This document shows positions 37,171-46,282 of a DNA stretch of 64,000 nt, piece after piece. Source of the DNA: a virus; the IMG/VR virus record IMGVR_UViG_3300042880_000408, positions 6,736 through 70,735 of that record. The stretch is one strand, 5' to 3'. Within the stretch, counting starts at the first letter, position 1. Every line of letters starts with the position of its first letter. The translations under genes and the position numbers were made by a program. The notes under the pieces are model-generated. The model was not told the DNA's origin. It saw nothing but the letters and a program-made list of their open reading frames with translations, and searched no databases.

Positions 37171-37971
37171 CTAATCCATGTTGTGCTTGGCGACGTAGAA
37201 GCGTCCTTCGTCGTCGTTTGGGCTTTCGATCCATCCCCACGCACCGTTGCTAATCGCATCCGATGGGATTTGTTCCGAAAGCCAGTCACATGCATGCTTC
37301 CACGTTGCCGCTACCACTGATCCAGATTCACTGTCGGTCGAGTACATGCACTCGATCGCGCCAGTGAGTCTTTCCGAATTCCGCTCGCCGAGCTCTTGCA
37401 ACACAGGCGGAAGAGATCCGGATCCCAGTGTGCAGATCGCTCTCTCGTCTGCATTAGACTGCTGCGCGTGCCATGGCGAGTCGAACACGCCATAGATTCT
37501 TCCGTTGGGGGTGAGTCCTCCCTCGGTCAAGAAAATTTCAGTCTCCACGCCAACGGGTAAGGGCAAGTCAACCAGCTCAAAGCCTAGGGTCGTGAGCTGG
37601 TGATTAAATTCCGCAAGTGCTTCGAACTTCGCGAAGGTCTCACTGAGCAGCTTGCGAACAGCCTTCCTGGCGTCGTCCTCGGTTGATTGGCCAGATTCCC
37701 ATCCAGCAGCTGCCAGCTCGTCAGTGAGCTGATCCAGCGTCGCCTCGTCGAGGTCGGAATGCGAGAATGGCTTCATCCGCACTGCTTCGGTAGCATGCTT
37801 CGGGCCATGGTTAAAGCCAAGCAGTTGCTTGATCTCAATCCATTGCTGATCGGTCACCAGCGTTGACCCGTCTCGTCGGATCGCTTCTGCGATATCAGGA
37901 AAGTTGCGATCCATGCGTCCCCAGAACAGCTCGGCATTGTTTTCCGAATCTGCAAAAATTCGCACCGTCAT
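37171..37971 (-). CDS. Hypothetical protein
   Basis: 266-aa ORF with AGGAG RBS. Confidence 0.6.
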   Translation of the reverse strand: MTVRIFADSENNAELFWGRMDRNFPDIAEAIRRDGSTLVTDQQWIEIKQLLGFNHGPKHATEAVRMKPFSHSDLDEATLDQLTDELAAAGWESGQSTEDDARKAVRKLLSETFAKFEALAEFNHQLTTLGFELVDLPLPVGVETEIFLTEGGLTPNGRIYGVFDSPWHAQQSNADERAICTLGSGSLPPVLQELGERNSERLTGAIECMYSTDSESGSVVAATWKHACDWLSEQIPSDAISNGAWGWIESPNDDEGRFYVAKHNMD

Positions 37972-38024
37972 GTTTAACTCCTATTAGTGATATAAAACAA
38001 CATTGTTACGTGTCAAAACCTTAC

Positions 38025-38351
38025 CTACTCTTTGTTGTCGGCATCAAAGAGAATTCCGTTTATGAAAAACACTCTAGCACGACAATTTATGCCTTCTGCC
38101 TTGCGTTCCTTTTCGTATTCGCGATAGCCTTCGATCTGCTCTCTGATCCAACGCTTTGCGGAAATCTCTGAGCAAGCGTATCCCCTGCGAAAACGCTTGA
38201 CCTGCGTTCTTACTGGGGTAACCATGTTAACGGTACACCCGCAGCGAGTCAGTCGCGTTGTGAATCTAATTTCAGCGGGCGTTACACTTGATCCATCGTT
38301 TGTTGGTTTCTTGAGATCTTCTGGAAGATCGCCTTGGCTTGCTGCGCTCAC
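38025..38351 (-). CDS. Hypothetical protein
   Basis: Overlaps the stop of the upstream gene by 4 nt. Confidence 0.5.
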   Translation of the reverse strand: MSAASQGDLPEDLKKPTNDGSSVTPAEIRFTTRLTRCGCTVNMVTPVRTQVKRFRRGYACSEISAKRWIREQIEGYREYEKERKAEGINCRARVFFINGILFDADNKE

Positions 38352-38809
38352 TGCTTCACCTCGATTCCGAATGGGCTTCCGTCATCGAACACTCGCCCCT
38401 GAAACGCCTGCTCCCACGTTGCGGTCAGCAAACCGTTTTCGCCATATCCGATCGGAGGAAAAGTTGTGTCGCAAGGCTCGACGGGGTCTTTCCATTTCCA
38501 CCAACGAGCGCGATGCGGTTCGTACTCAGCTTTGTTCGCAAACGCGCGATACTTCTTCGGCTTTTCGATCTTGCGGATGATGGGCCAAACTTGGCCGTGT
38601 CCATGTTCGGCTGGAAGAGGCTTGCCATCAACACCGACAAACCACTCTCCTTTCATTGGTACACGTACCGCCAATAACCCCCAGCCCTCCGGTACGCCCG
38701 GAATACCGCAAAACAGCTGCTCATGAAGTTCGCTGTGTTGTTTATTGTTATGCGGATGTGCAGGGCAGTCGCACTTGTTGTTGTTCAGGTAGTGAGCAAG
38801 ATCTTTCAT
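38348..38809 (-). CDS. Hypothetical protein, paralog of 46815-47207
   Basis: GIPGVP.GW.LLA.RVP.KGEWF...VWPIIRKIEKPK.YR.FAN...FDDG.PFG.EV shared. Confidence 0.7.
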   Translation of the reverse strand: MKDLAHYLNNNKCDCPAHPHNNKQHSELHEQLFCGIPGVPEGWGLLAVRVPMKGEWFVGVDGKPLPAEHGHGQVWPIIRKIEKPKKYRAFANKAEYEPHRARWWKWKDPVEPCDTTFPPIGYGENGLLTATWEQAFQGRVFDDGSPFGIEVKQ

Positions 38810-38850
38810 GGCAAATCTCCAAAGTAAAAAGGTTGATAAACAAAAGAAGT

Positions 38851-39297
38851 TTAGAATCGGTATTCACTGATCGATAAGCAGGATTCGCCAATCACGAGGT
38901 GATCGAGAACGCGAACGCCAATGATATTGCCGGCCTCCGTTAGGCGATCCGTGACGGCGATATCCTCTTTACTTGGCGTTGGATCCCCTGAAGGATGGTT
39001 ATGCACAAGCAGAACAGCTGCTGCGGCGTCGAGGATTGCCGGCCTGAACACTTCCCGGGGATGCACGAGCGAAGCATCGAGCGTGCCCCGAGTGATGCGT
39101 ACGATGCGAATGGGGCGGTATTTGGTGTCGAGCGTGACAAGCACGAATTCTTCTTGGTTTCGCTTGTCTTCAAAATACGGGCGGAGCACCGCGTCTGCGA
39201 ATTGCAAAGCATCTCCTGTGCTGTTGATTTTGTAAGACCGGTAGTGTTCTGTGGTCTCGCCGACTTTTGCGTATCGGGTCTCAAAAACTGCGTTCAT
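38851..39297 (-). CDS. radC: RadC-like JAB/MPN domain protein
   Basis: QEEF...GTLDASLVHPREVF...HNHPSGDPTPSKED...VLDHLVIG; JAB domain only. Confidence 0.9.
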   Translation of the reverse strand: MNAVFETRYAKVGETTEHYRSYKINSTGDALQFADAVLRPYFEDKRNQEEFVLVTLDTKYRPIRIVRITRGTLDASLVHPREVFRPAILDAAAAVLLVHNHPSGDPTPSKEDIAVTDRLTEAGNIIGVRVLDHLVIGESCLSISEYRF

Positions 39298-39329
39298 CTT
39301 TAGGATTCTTTCCCTGTTGATGTTGTCTA

Positions 39330-39397
39330 TCCGTTCCAGTTGGCACAATGCCAGCGTTGGGGACGCGCCCGAAGGCGCCGCACTCAGCCTAACCCCA
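39330..39397 (-). ncRNA. Repeated structured intergenic element, copy 1
   Basis: On -: TGGGG...GCGCC-TTCG-GGCGC..CCCCA then TGGCA-TTG-TGCCA, ending GAACGGA; homologous to 40389-40458. Confidence 0.6.
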
Positions 39398-39404
39398 CTG
39401 AGTC

Positions 39405-40373
39405 TTAGTATTTTGGCCTGTCTCGCCATTCGAGCGTAACACCATCCGGAAGATTCGCTGTGCTGAATGCCTTGAAAGCTTCTGCCATGGCATCGAACTC
39501 TTCCTTCGTTACTAGCTTTTGTCCGCCCGTCCAGTTAACAGTCAATTCGTTTGTGTGATCGTAGTAAATGCAGTTGACGTCAGTTCCGAAGTTGTCGAGG
39601 ACAAACAAGGCAACCGCTAGCTTGTTCTCAAGCTTCCGAACTGACTTGTCGTAATCATCGAGCAGTTGCTTTCGCTTCTTGGCTTTCTTCGCAGCTAGTC
39701 CCTCGGCATCGCGAGCAGCGATCGCTTCTGGATTGTAGTATCCAGAATTGCGACGATCAGCTGCCAGCTTGCGAGCTTCCTTCGTCACAGGCTCCCACAG
39801 TCCGCGAGTGGATGCGGTTTCGAACTCCTTTCCAGTCCATTCCTCGAGTTGCTTAATCGCAGCTTCAGCTTCCTCTCTCCATCGCTTTACCATGCCGAGA
39901 TCCTCGAAGGCAATCTGCAATTCCTCTTGAGATCGGCACTCAAGCAGAGCTGGTAATTCCGCGTCTGTGCAGCGAACGTGATCCTTGAAGATCCGCAAGC
40001 ACTCTTCCTTGCTTTTGGCACTGCTTCCGGCTCCTCCGTGGTGCTCGACATAGTTTAGCTCGAGCGCGCCGGCAAGCCAAAAGAACGCATTTGCGGCGCA
40101 GTGCATTGGCACGCCCTGCCATGTGGACAAATGCAAGTCTACGAACAGTTTGAGGTCTGGACGGAGCGACAGGATGTGCTCGTGACAAGCACCTCCGCCG
40201 GCATCGAGCATTCGCCCGCGACCGTTCTTCTCCCTGATGTTGGCAGTAATGGAGAAGTCTTCGTGCCCGTTCTTGCAGTCGTCATGCAATGCAATCCGGA
40301 TTTCAGTGATTTGATCGCCATTCTTAACAACGATTAAATGGCTAAGGGTGTTTGTCTTGATCATGGTCATCAT
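39405..40373 (-). CDS. Hypothetical protein
   Basis: 322-aa ORF; DDCKNGH.DFSIT...GGACHE...LHLS...GVPMH conserved-looking motifs. Confidence 0.65.
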   Translation of the reverse strand: MMTMIKTNTLSHLIVVKNGDQITEIRIALHDDCKNGHEDFSITANIREKNGRGRMLDAGGGACHEHILSLRPDLKLFVDLHLSTWQGVPMHCAANAFFWLAGALELNYVEHHGGAGSSAKSKEECLRIFKDHVRCTDAELPALLECRSQEELQIAFEDLGMVKRWREEAEAAIKQLEEWTGKEFETASTRGLWEPVTKEARKLAADRRNSGYYNPEAIAARDAEGLAAKKAKKRKQLLDDYDKSVRKLENKLAVALFVLDNFGTDVNCIYYDHTNELTVNWTGGQKLVTKEEFDAMAEAFKAFSTANLPDGVTLEWRDRPKY

Positions 40374-40388
40374 TCCTTATGAAGGTTT

Positions 40389-40458
40389 TCCGTTCCAGCT
40401 GACACAGTGTCAGCGTTGGGGACGCAGGGTCTCCCCTGCCGCGCTTGACCTAACCCCA
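40389..40458 (-). ncRNA. Repeated structured intergenic element, copy 2
   Basis: On -: TGGGG...GCAGGG-GAGA-CCCTGC..CCCCA then CTGACA-CTG-TGTCAG, ending GAACGGA; compensatory changes relative to copy 1. Confidence 0.6.
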
Positions 40459-40731
40459 TCAAGCCTGATCTGGATCTCCGTAAACCGAAAGATCCTTGTT
40501 GCATTGGTCGCAGTTGTGAATCCCTTCCCACAGGATGTCGATTCCTGCGACTTGCCATCCGTCGCCGATTTGTTTCTTGGTGCTGTCTACGATGTTTCGG
40601 AAGTTCTCCTTGCAGCACTCCATGCAAAGCGCCGCACCGTCTTGAGTGATGGCAGAGAGCTCGTAACCTCCCGGAAATGCGTAACGATGGCGAATGGCGT
40701 TCTTGAGCTGCTTGATTGTTTCGTTAACCAT
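40459..40731 (-). CDS. Small Zn-binding hypothetical protein
   Basis: YAFPGGY...DGAALCMEC...CDQC. Confidence 0.6.
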   Translation of the reverse strand: MVNETIKQLKNAIRHRYAFPGGYELSAITQDGAALCMECCKENFRNIVDSTKKQIGDGWQVAGIDILWEGIHNCDQCNKDLSVYGDPDQA

Positions 40732-41266
40732 GGATCACCCCATCAACTACATAGAGATCAAAACTTCCGTAAGGCTTCGACGCTTCGGTGAGCTTGTTTC
40801 CGACATGCCCGAGATTGCGATCCCAGAATCCGGCGCCGTGCCCGTTGCGAGTCAACCAAAAATCATGCCCTGATTGTGATGCATCGAGGTTCTCGAGCAG
40901 TTTCGCGTTAGCTTCGGCGAAGTGCTTGCAATCGCGTCGCATCGCTTCAAGGGTCTCAGGAGAGATGTCGTCCTGAGAGAACGACTTATCGAGTGGTTCG
41001 CCTTCGTCGTCGGTAGACGACCACAGGGCACACTCGACGTATGCTTTAAAAAACTCATCGTCGCCAGCGAGCAGCAGCGTGAACCCGAGCTCCTTGGCGA
41101 CGGCCTGTGCTGTCGCATCGAACAGGCTGCGGTATTGGCTCACTGGCACGTTCACACCGGTCGTTGGTGTGTTCTGGTGCAAGCAGTCGAGCGAGGCGGC
41201 AGTGGTGCCGTTGCGACGCATTTCAGCGATCGCTTTACGAATGTTACGTCTAATCTGAGTGGTCAT
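40724..41266 (-). CDS. Conserved phage hypothetical protein
   Basis: AYVECALWSS...GHDFWLTRNGHGAGFWDR; AGGAGG RBS. Confidence 0.7.
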   Translation of the reverse strand: MTTQIRRNIRKAIAEMRRNGTTAASLDCLHQNTPTTGVNVPVSQYRSLFDATAQAVAKELGFTLLLAGDDEFFKAYVECALWSSTDDEGEPLDKSFSQDDISPETLEAMRRDCKHFAEANAKLLENLDASQSGHDFWLTRNGHGAGFWDRNLGHVGNKLTEASKPYGSFDLYVVDGVIHG

Positions 41267-41324
41267 GTTTTAGCCTCCTGGCTGATATCAAAAGTGGTTT
41301 CCATGTCGGTGTTCCGACGCTGTA

Positions 41325-41359
41325 ATCCTATCGACAACTCATTCCGTGTCAATTAGGGT
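41325..41359 (-). promoter_or_regulatory. Sigma70-type leftward promoter with conserved upstream box
   Basis: ACCCTAA-TTGACA-16 nt-TAGGAT on -. Confidence 0.6.
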
Positions 41360-41409
41360 ATCAAGGTTATTTGGCTATTATTTTTGAAAAATTTCCCAAG
41401 GTGTCAGAG

Positions 41410-41793
41410 CTAGTTGTAATTTCCTCGCTCAAAGACATCGCCCCAGTTAGCGACTCTGAATCTCTCGTAGATATAGATGATTGTCAGCTCGTAGGTGTCG
41501 CCAGTGTTGAGATAATCGATCGCGGGTGAGTGGAATCCATTTCCTGCCGATATGTGCTCCACTCCAGAAGTTCCGAGGTCAGGAAACCACTGCTCGACGA
41601 CCAAAAGTGTGTCGCGAATCAGAAAGCTTCTGTGGCAGTTCCTGTATTCGCCCGAATCCTCAAGCTTAGCCTTCACTACGTTGCACGCGCGACGGGCTCG
41701 ATTCAAATATGCCAACCGTGTCTCGCCCGTCTTCTGGAGCCTTTTGCAGCCATTGGATGCCAAGTCGATCGCACTTTGGAAGTTCGTAATCAT
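41410..41793 (-). CDS. Hypothetical protein, tandem paralog B
   Basis: YLNTGDTYELTIIY...WGDVFERGNYN; start at ATG 41793 (ORF track over-extends). Confidence 0.7.
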   Translation of the reverse strand: MITNFQSAIDLASNGCKRLQKTGETRLAYLNRARRACNVVKAKLEDSGEYRNCHRSFLIRDTLLVVEQWFPDLGTSGVEHISAGNGFHSPAIDYLNTGDTYELTIIYIYERFRVANWGDVFERGNYN

Positions 41794-41815
41794 TTCAAAT
41801 CTCTTTTGTTGTGTG

Positions 41816-42307
41816 TTAGTTGTAATTTCCGCGCTCGACAACGTCACCCCAGGTTCCGACGCGGAAGCGACCGTTGATGTACAGGATGGTGAGTTCGTAA
41901 GTGTCGCCGGCATTGAGAAACGTGATCGCTGGTGATCGCTTGTTGTTTCCGCGATCGATTTGGCCGACCCCGAACGTTCCCAGGTCAGCGAAGATCTCTT
42001 GGACTGCCAGCAGTGCATCTCGAACGAGGAAAGACTCGTGGCAGTGGTTGTACTCGCCGGACTGCTTAAGCTTGGCCATCGCCACTCGGCAGTGCTTGCG
42101 AGCTCGCTCGAGGTACTTCTGTCCTGACTCTCCGACCTTTTGCAGGCGGGTCTTGGGGGATGACTTAGCTGCCTTAGGTGTGACGGTGGCCTCCTGTACG
42201 ACTTCGCCACAATCCGCACACACGGACTCCCAGTTGGACGAGGTGGCGTGACTGATGTTCTCGTGCTTGCAACCGTTGCTGGCCGACGCGATGTGACTTG
42301 CTGACAT
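41816..42307 (-). CDS. Hypothetical protein, tandem paralog A
   Basis: FLNAGDTYELTILY...WGDVVERGNYN. Confidence 0.7.
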   Translation of the reverse strand: MSASHIASASNGCKHENISHATSSNWESVCADCGEVVQEATVTPKAAKSSPKTRLQKVGESGQKYLERARKHCRVAMAKLKQSGEYNHCHESFLVRDALLAVQEIFADLGTFGVGQIDRGNNKRSPAITFLNAGDTYELTILYINGRFRVGTWGDVVERGNYN

Positions 42308-42383
42308 AACCTATCTCCAAGAAAAAAGAAACTCAAACCCAGACGCCCGAGGGCGTTTCGACCTTCCGGTCATCATCAGTGGG

Positions 42384-42593
42384 TCACCAATCTTTGAGAC
42401 CAAAATTGCAGTACGACTCGTATTTGTAGTCGCGGAGATCGTCGTAAATCGAGGCGTTTTCCCCGTTTGGTCTGCCGATGAGATCGTTAATCGCATCAAC
42501 GCAGTCGCCTTCAGACAGATGCCCTTCAGCTTGCAAGAAATGGTATCCGTCAATTTTTCCCTTGATTTCCTCAAGACTCATTGGCTTTGTCAT
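42384..42593 (-). CDS. Small hypothetical protein
   Basis: AAGGA RBS, acidic 69-aa ORF. Confidence 0.5.
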   Translation of the reverse strand: MTKPMSLEEIKGKIDGYHFLQAEGHLSEGDCVDAINDLIGRPNGENASIYDDLRDYKYESYCNFGLKDW

Positions 42594-42612
42594 GATGTCG
42601 TGTTCCTTGTGG

Positions 42613-42825
42613 TTACTTGTTCGCAAAGTGATTGCTGAGCTCCTCGAAGTCGTACAGCTCGCCGTCGTCTCCGACGAAGCCATCGTAACCGTTGATCACC
42701 AAGCGTGTGACGATGTCGCCGCCGCGACCGGCTTTGATCTCAGCTTTCAGCTTGTCATACCTGCGTCCTTGATAAGCGTGGTTCGCGCCGGTTTCCTTGT
42801 GCCGTATGTACAATGTGTTTTCCAT
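42613..42825 (-). CDS. Small hypothetical protein
   Basis: 70-aa ORF in the leftward operon. Confidence 0.55.
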   Translation of the reverse strand: MENTLYIRHKETGANHAYQGRRYDKLKAEIKAGRGGDIVTRLVINGYDGFVGDDGELYDFEELSNHFANK

Positions 42826-42840
42826 GTTTGAGATGACTTT

Positions 42841-43095
42841 CTAGATGAGTTCGAAAAGGGAGGCGGTGCGGACGGCGAAGCGTGCAGAGGCATTGCTGAT
42901 TTCGGAGTAGCCGAAGCCAGCGTCTTCCGTGATGCCCAGATCCATGCAAGTGTCGGTGCCGTTGGTGTAGCAAGAGTGCTTGCAAATGCCATCCGTGCCC
43001 ACAGTGTCTTCAGGCAAAGCCTCAAACTTGCGAAGCTGCTGGATCTCGCGATCGCTTAGCTCGGCGACGGCTTCGAGCTGTTCTTCGGTTCTCAT
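42841..43095 (-). CDS. Small hypothetical protein, first gene of the leftward operon
   Basis: GGAG RBS, downstream of the promoter at 43150-43185. Confidence 0.55.
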   Translation of the reverse strand: MRTEEQLEAVAELSDREIQQLRKFEALPEDTVGTDGICKHSCYTNGTDTCMDLGITEDAGFGYSEISNASARFAVRTASLFELI

Positions 43096-43149
43096 GGTCG
43101 TGCTCCAAAAAAGGTGTTGTCGTCGTCGGCAAAACAGCCGACTGCCAAG

Positions 43150-43185
43150 ACTCTATCGTCTAACGCAAAACGTGTCAATTAGGGT
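43150..43185 (-). promoter_or_regulatory. Sigma70-type leftward promoter with conserved upstream box
   Basis: ACCCTAA-TTGACA-17 nt-TAGAGT on -; same 14-mer as at 41346. Confidence 0.6.
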
Positions 43186-43501
43186 GATTGAAGATTTTAT
43201 TTGACTATGTGTGTTTGCTCAATGATTTGACAGGGGAAGTGGGGTCGGATATTTTTGGAAAAAATGTTTTTGGGTGTGCAGTGGCACCTAGCGTCCGAGG
43301 CGCAAGCACAGACTGAGCCACTGCCGAGCGATCCAACCGGAGTTGGGTTACTTGCTGGTGATCCGCGAGAGCGACGCTGCCAGCTAGACGCGAGGGGCAG
43401 CCGGAAGGCTGATCGGGGGCGGGAGCCCAATTGCGGCGTCGATAAAAAACCTGCGGCTACATAGGGATTCTTGCGCGAACAGACCTCGCGAAGGGGACAC
43501 G

Positions 43502-44107
43502 ATGGACATCCTGGAGCTCACGAAGAACTGGCAACGAGACGGACGATGGAAAGAGATTGAGCCACTCCGAGACACGATGATGAGAGAGGCCAGACGAAGC
43601 GGACTCGACCTCGAAAAAGCACGCGAAGAAGTCTACACGAAACTGCTCGCAAAATACCCGCAAGCGAGTGCTGGCCAGGAGGGAGGGAGCGAAGCGGGGG
43701 TCGCCGGCGAACAGCTCACCCGCGACGACCCGCAGAGCGGTCAGCCACGCACGCACGCAGTTGAGCCCTCAGTGAGCGGGCTCGACGCGATCCCGGTGGA
43801 CTGGCCAACGCTTCCACCCAACGCGCCGCTCGTGCAAGAGATCCAATGGGTACAGGCGAACCGGCTGTCCATCGTTAAAGACCTCGGCGACCGGTCGGTG
43901 GTCGACCTCACCCGAGCGATGAGCCCAGCTCCGTCGTGGGCATCGCTTGGCTGGCTGGAAACCAGCATTCGAGCCTACGCCAAATTCGTTGACGTCGTCG
44001 CTAAGGCTTCAGCCACGCTCGAGGATGAGCGGGACATGACGAGGCGTGAGCGACTCGCTGTCGACGAGATCCGATCGCTGCTGGCGGAGATGACGTCAGA
44101 GAGCTGA
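43502..44107 (+). CDS. Hypothetical protein (terminase small subunit candidate)
   Basis: 201-aa helical ORF, GC-rich, with RBS; TerS role is inference only (no TerS found next to TerL). Confidence 0.4.
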   Translation: MDILELTKNWQRDGRWKEIEPLRDTMMREARRSGLDLEKAREEVYTKLLAKYPQASAGQEGGSEAGVAGEQLTRDDPQSGQPRTHAVEPSVSGLDAIPVDWPTLPPNAPLVQEIQWVQANRLSIVKDLGDRSVVDLTRAMSPAPSWASLGWLETSIRAYAKFVDVVAKASATLEDERDMTRRERLAVDEIRSLLAEMTSES

Positions 44108-44399
44108 CGTCGAGTCAGTTGCCAATCCGGCAGGCCGGCACGGGTATACCCCTCGTGGCACCGCACTTCGTGGTATGTTTTTCGTGGTTTTCCCTGCGTT
44201 TCTCGAGCTCGAAGATGTCTCACCCTATTTGGCGTGGCTTGATGCTGCTCGGTGGATGTCGCAGAGCTCGTGGATCCTGGCGGGAGCGACCGGTTCGAAG
44301 CGCGGAAGGCGACGAGCGCAACGGAAATCAACCCAGACCCCCCCAGCCACCGAACGGGACTCCCAACGTTATCCCCTTCCACTGCATGCCAATTTTCAA

Positions 44400-44584
44400 T
44401 TGCGTTGCCGGGGCAATGCTCGGGGCATCATATATGCTCTACCCTGCTCCTGCTTGTGTGTCCGGTATATGTTGGCGCTTTTTTCTGGAGCCGAAGTGGT
44501 AACGTTACCACCCTGCTGTCCTGCGATGGCTTTGCAAAACCTCTTTTTGGCTTACCTAAGCCGTTGCGTTGCCGGGGCAATGCT
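44400..44584. repeat. Two identical 21-bp quasi-palindromes
   Basis: TTGCGTTGCCGGGGCAATGCT at 44400-44420 and 44564-44584. Confidence 0.9.
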
Positions 44585-44599
44585 GATAGACTTGCTGGG

Positions 44600-45022
44600 A
44601 TGGAAAACACAGTTGATTTGAAAGTTGCTCCGTGTCCGTTTTGTGGCGTTGAGGCTCAGAAGCTTCGGCACAGTGGAGGATTGTGGAGGTTTTTTCACGT
44701 GGAGTCGTGTTACTTCGCGCAGGTTGATTTCGGCCGGAGTTTTCACATTCTCGATGCCGATCAGGTCGATGGCTGGAATGCCAGGGTGGCTCCGGAGGTC
44801 AAGCGATGCGAGACGTCTACGCTAAAAGTTGGCGATTTGGTTGAGCTTAGAGGCAGGAATCGCTTCAACGGCGAGAGAGGGCTTCTTACGCAGCGTCACC
44901 CAGACAACGGCTGGTTCTGGTTTGAAGCATCCGACCCAAGAAACCGACACATCAGTGGATGGCGAGAGGAAACTTGGGAAGACGAGGAGTACGGAACGTT
45001 CAGGCTTGTGAAGGTTGATTGA
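44600..45022 (+). CDS. Lar-like Zn-finger plus KOW-like domain protein
   Basis: LKVAPCPFCG...WNAR then LKVGDLVEL. Confidence 0.55.
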   Translation: MENTVDLKVAPCPFCGVEAQKLRHSGGLWRFFHVESCYFAQVDFGRSFHILDADQVDGWNARVAPEVKRCETSTLKVGDLVELRGRNRFNGERGLLTQRHPDNGWFWFEASDPRNRHISGWREETWEDEEYGTFRLVKVD

Positions 45023-45057
45023 GTTGTTGAGCCTCTGGGAAATTTGATGGTGGAAGC

Positions 45058-45594
45058 ATGATCCTCACAGACAGGCAGATGGAATTAGCTGTTCGTGTCG
45101 GCAAGATGCGAGCAAGCAGCGGGATAGGTCGTGGCGACTACCTGTCGTGCGATCGGTCTCCATCGGGTCATTCGCATGTTCAAGCTGCGATCGCTGAATG
45201 CGCAATGGCTTTGTACACCGGATTCCCATGGCGAGCTCACAAGCCGGCATCGGAGCATCAAGGCAGGAAGGTCTGCCAAGTTCCGGATGTCGGCCCGATC
45301 GAGGTGAAATCGATATCCCGGGCTCACCACAAGCTGATTTTGTACTCGACGCCACTGATGGAAATGCCGCATGTCAGGCTTCTGGTTCAAGGATCGGAGG
45401 TGACGTTTACGGGCTGGGCGTTCGGATTCGAGATATGGAACCCAAAGCACTGGGATGCATCATTGCCGACGCCGGCGTATGCTAGAAGAGAACTGTACGG
45501 AATCAAATCGTTTTTGAACTGGTGCAGGCAAAGTGGATGGAAAGTCAAACAGGTTGACTATCCGATTTTTGAAGATGGCTGGGAACCGAAATAG
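45058..45594 (+). CDS. PD-(D/E)xK-like nuclease-fold protein
   Basis: AIAECAMA...PDVG.IEVKS...GW. Confidence 0.5.
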   Translation: MILTDRQMELAVRVGKMRASSGIGRGDYLSCDRSPSGHSHVQAAIAECAMALYTGFPWRAHKPASEHQGRKVCQVPDVGPIEVKSISRAHHKLILYSTPLMEMPHVRLLVQGSEVTFTGWAFGFEIWNPKHWDASLPTPAYARRELYGIKSFLNWCRQSGWKVKQVDYPIFEDGWEPK

Positions 45595-45608
45595 ATTGGA
45601 GATTTACC

Positions 45609-46190
45609 ATGTTGAGTTGGAAAGAACGTGTTACGAAGTGGGCGGAAGATCGAAACTTGGTGACGGGCTCAAACCCCGTCTTGCAGATGGCGAAACTCAC
45701 GGAGGAAGTCCAGGAGTTGTCCGATGCTTTGCTTCGCAATGACACCGCAGAGATCTGCGATGCGATCGGTGACATCCAAGTGGTGCTTGCTGTGATGTGT
45801 GCTCAGCTCGGGCAGGATGTGGAAACGTGTCGCGAGATGGCTTGGGAGCAGATCAAGGATCGCAAAGGAAAGATGGTCGGTGGTGTGTTCGTCAAGGAGG
45901 ACACCGAGCGTGGCACCGGAAGAACAACAAGGCAAATGCAAACAGCGGCAAAAAACGCGATTTACGTGTGGCCGGTCGACAGAACAGTAAATTACGCAGT
46001 AATGCTTGCTAAATTTATCGGTCGTTCCGATCTCGAAATCGTGAGCCCTTTGCAATTCAGCGACCGTCGCAGCGAGTGCTTGCGAGGACGGATGATTTCC
46101 GAGATCGTGATCGATCACGGCACGGAACTGAACGCAGAGCAGCAACGGAATTACGAATGGGCTAAATCGGTGCTTGTGCCTCGCAGCTAG
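45609..46190 (+). CDS. MazG-like NTP pyrophosphohydrolase with C-terminal extension
   Basis: KLTEEVQEL...DAIGDIQVVL...AWEQIKDRKG..VGGVFVKE. Confidence 0.8.
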   Translation: MLSWKERVTKWAEDRNLVTGSNPVLQMAKLTEEVQELSDALLRNDTAEICDAIGDIQVVLAVMCAQLGQDVETCREMAWEQIKDRKGKMVGGVFVKEDTERGTGRTTRQMQTAAKNAIYVWPVDRTVNYAVMLAKFIGRSDLEIVSPLQFSDRRSECLRGRMISEIVIDHGTELNAEQQRNYEWAKSVLVPRS

Positions 46191-46215
46191 CACAAGCTTT
46201 GCTGACAAACGTCTA

Positions 46216-46244
46216 TTGCGTTTACGGGTCTATGCTGATAGAAT
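46216..46244 (+). promoter_or_regulatory. Putative promoter
   Basis: TTGCGT-17 nt-TAGAAT; spacer contains GGGTCTATGC, also in the promoter at 47640. Confidence 0.5.
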
Positions 46245-46282
46245 GCTTCAGGTGGTGAGTTTTCTATTTCAGCGCAGGAGAT

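Noticed and set aside
41794-42336. N-terminal extension of the 308-aa ORF 41410-42336
   Set aside because: Overlaps paralog A in another frame; real start is more likely ATG 41793
44119-44621. Overlapping ORFs of 127-148 aa and the 5' extension of 44252-45022
   Set aside because: Atypical composition and no RBS; the region carries DNA repeats and looks non-coding
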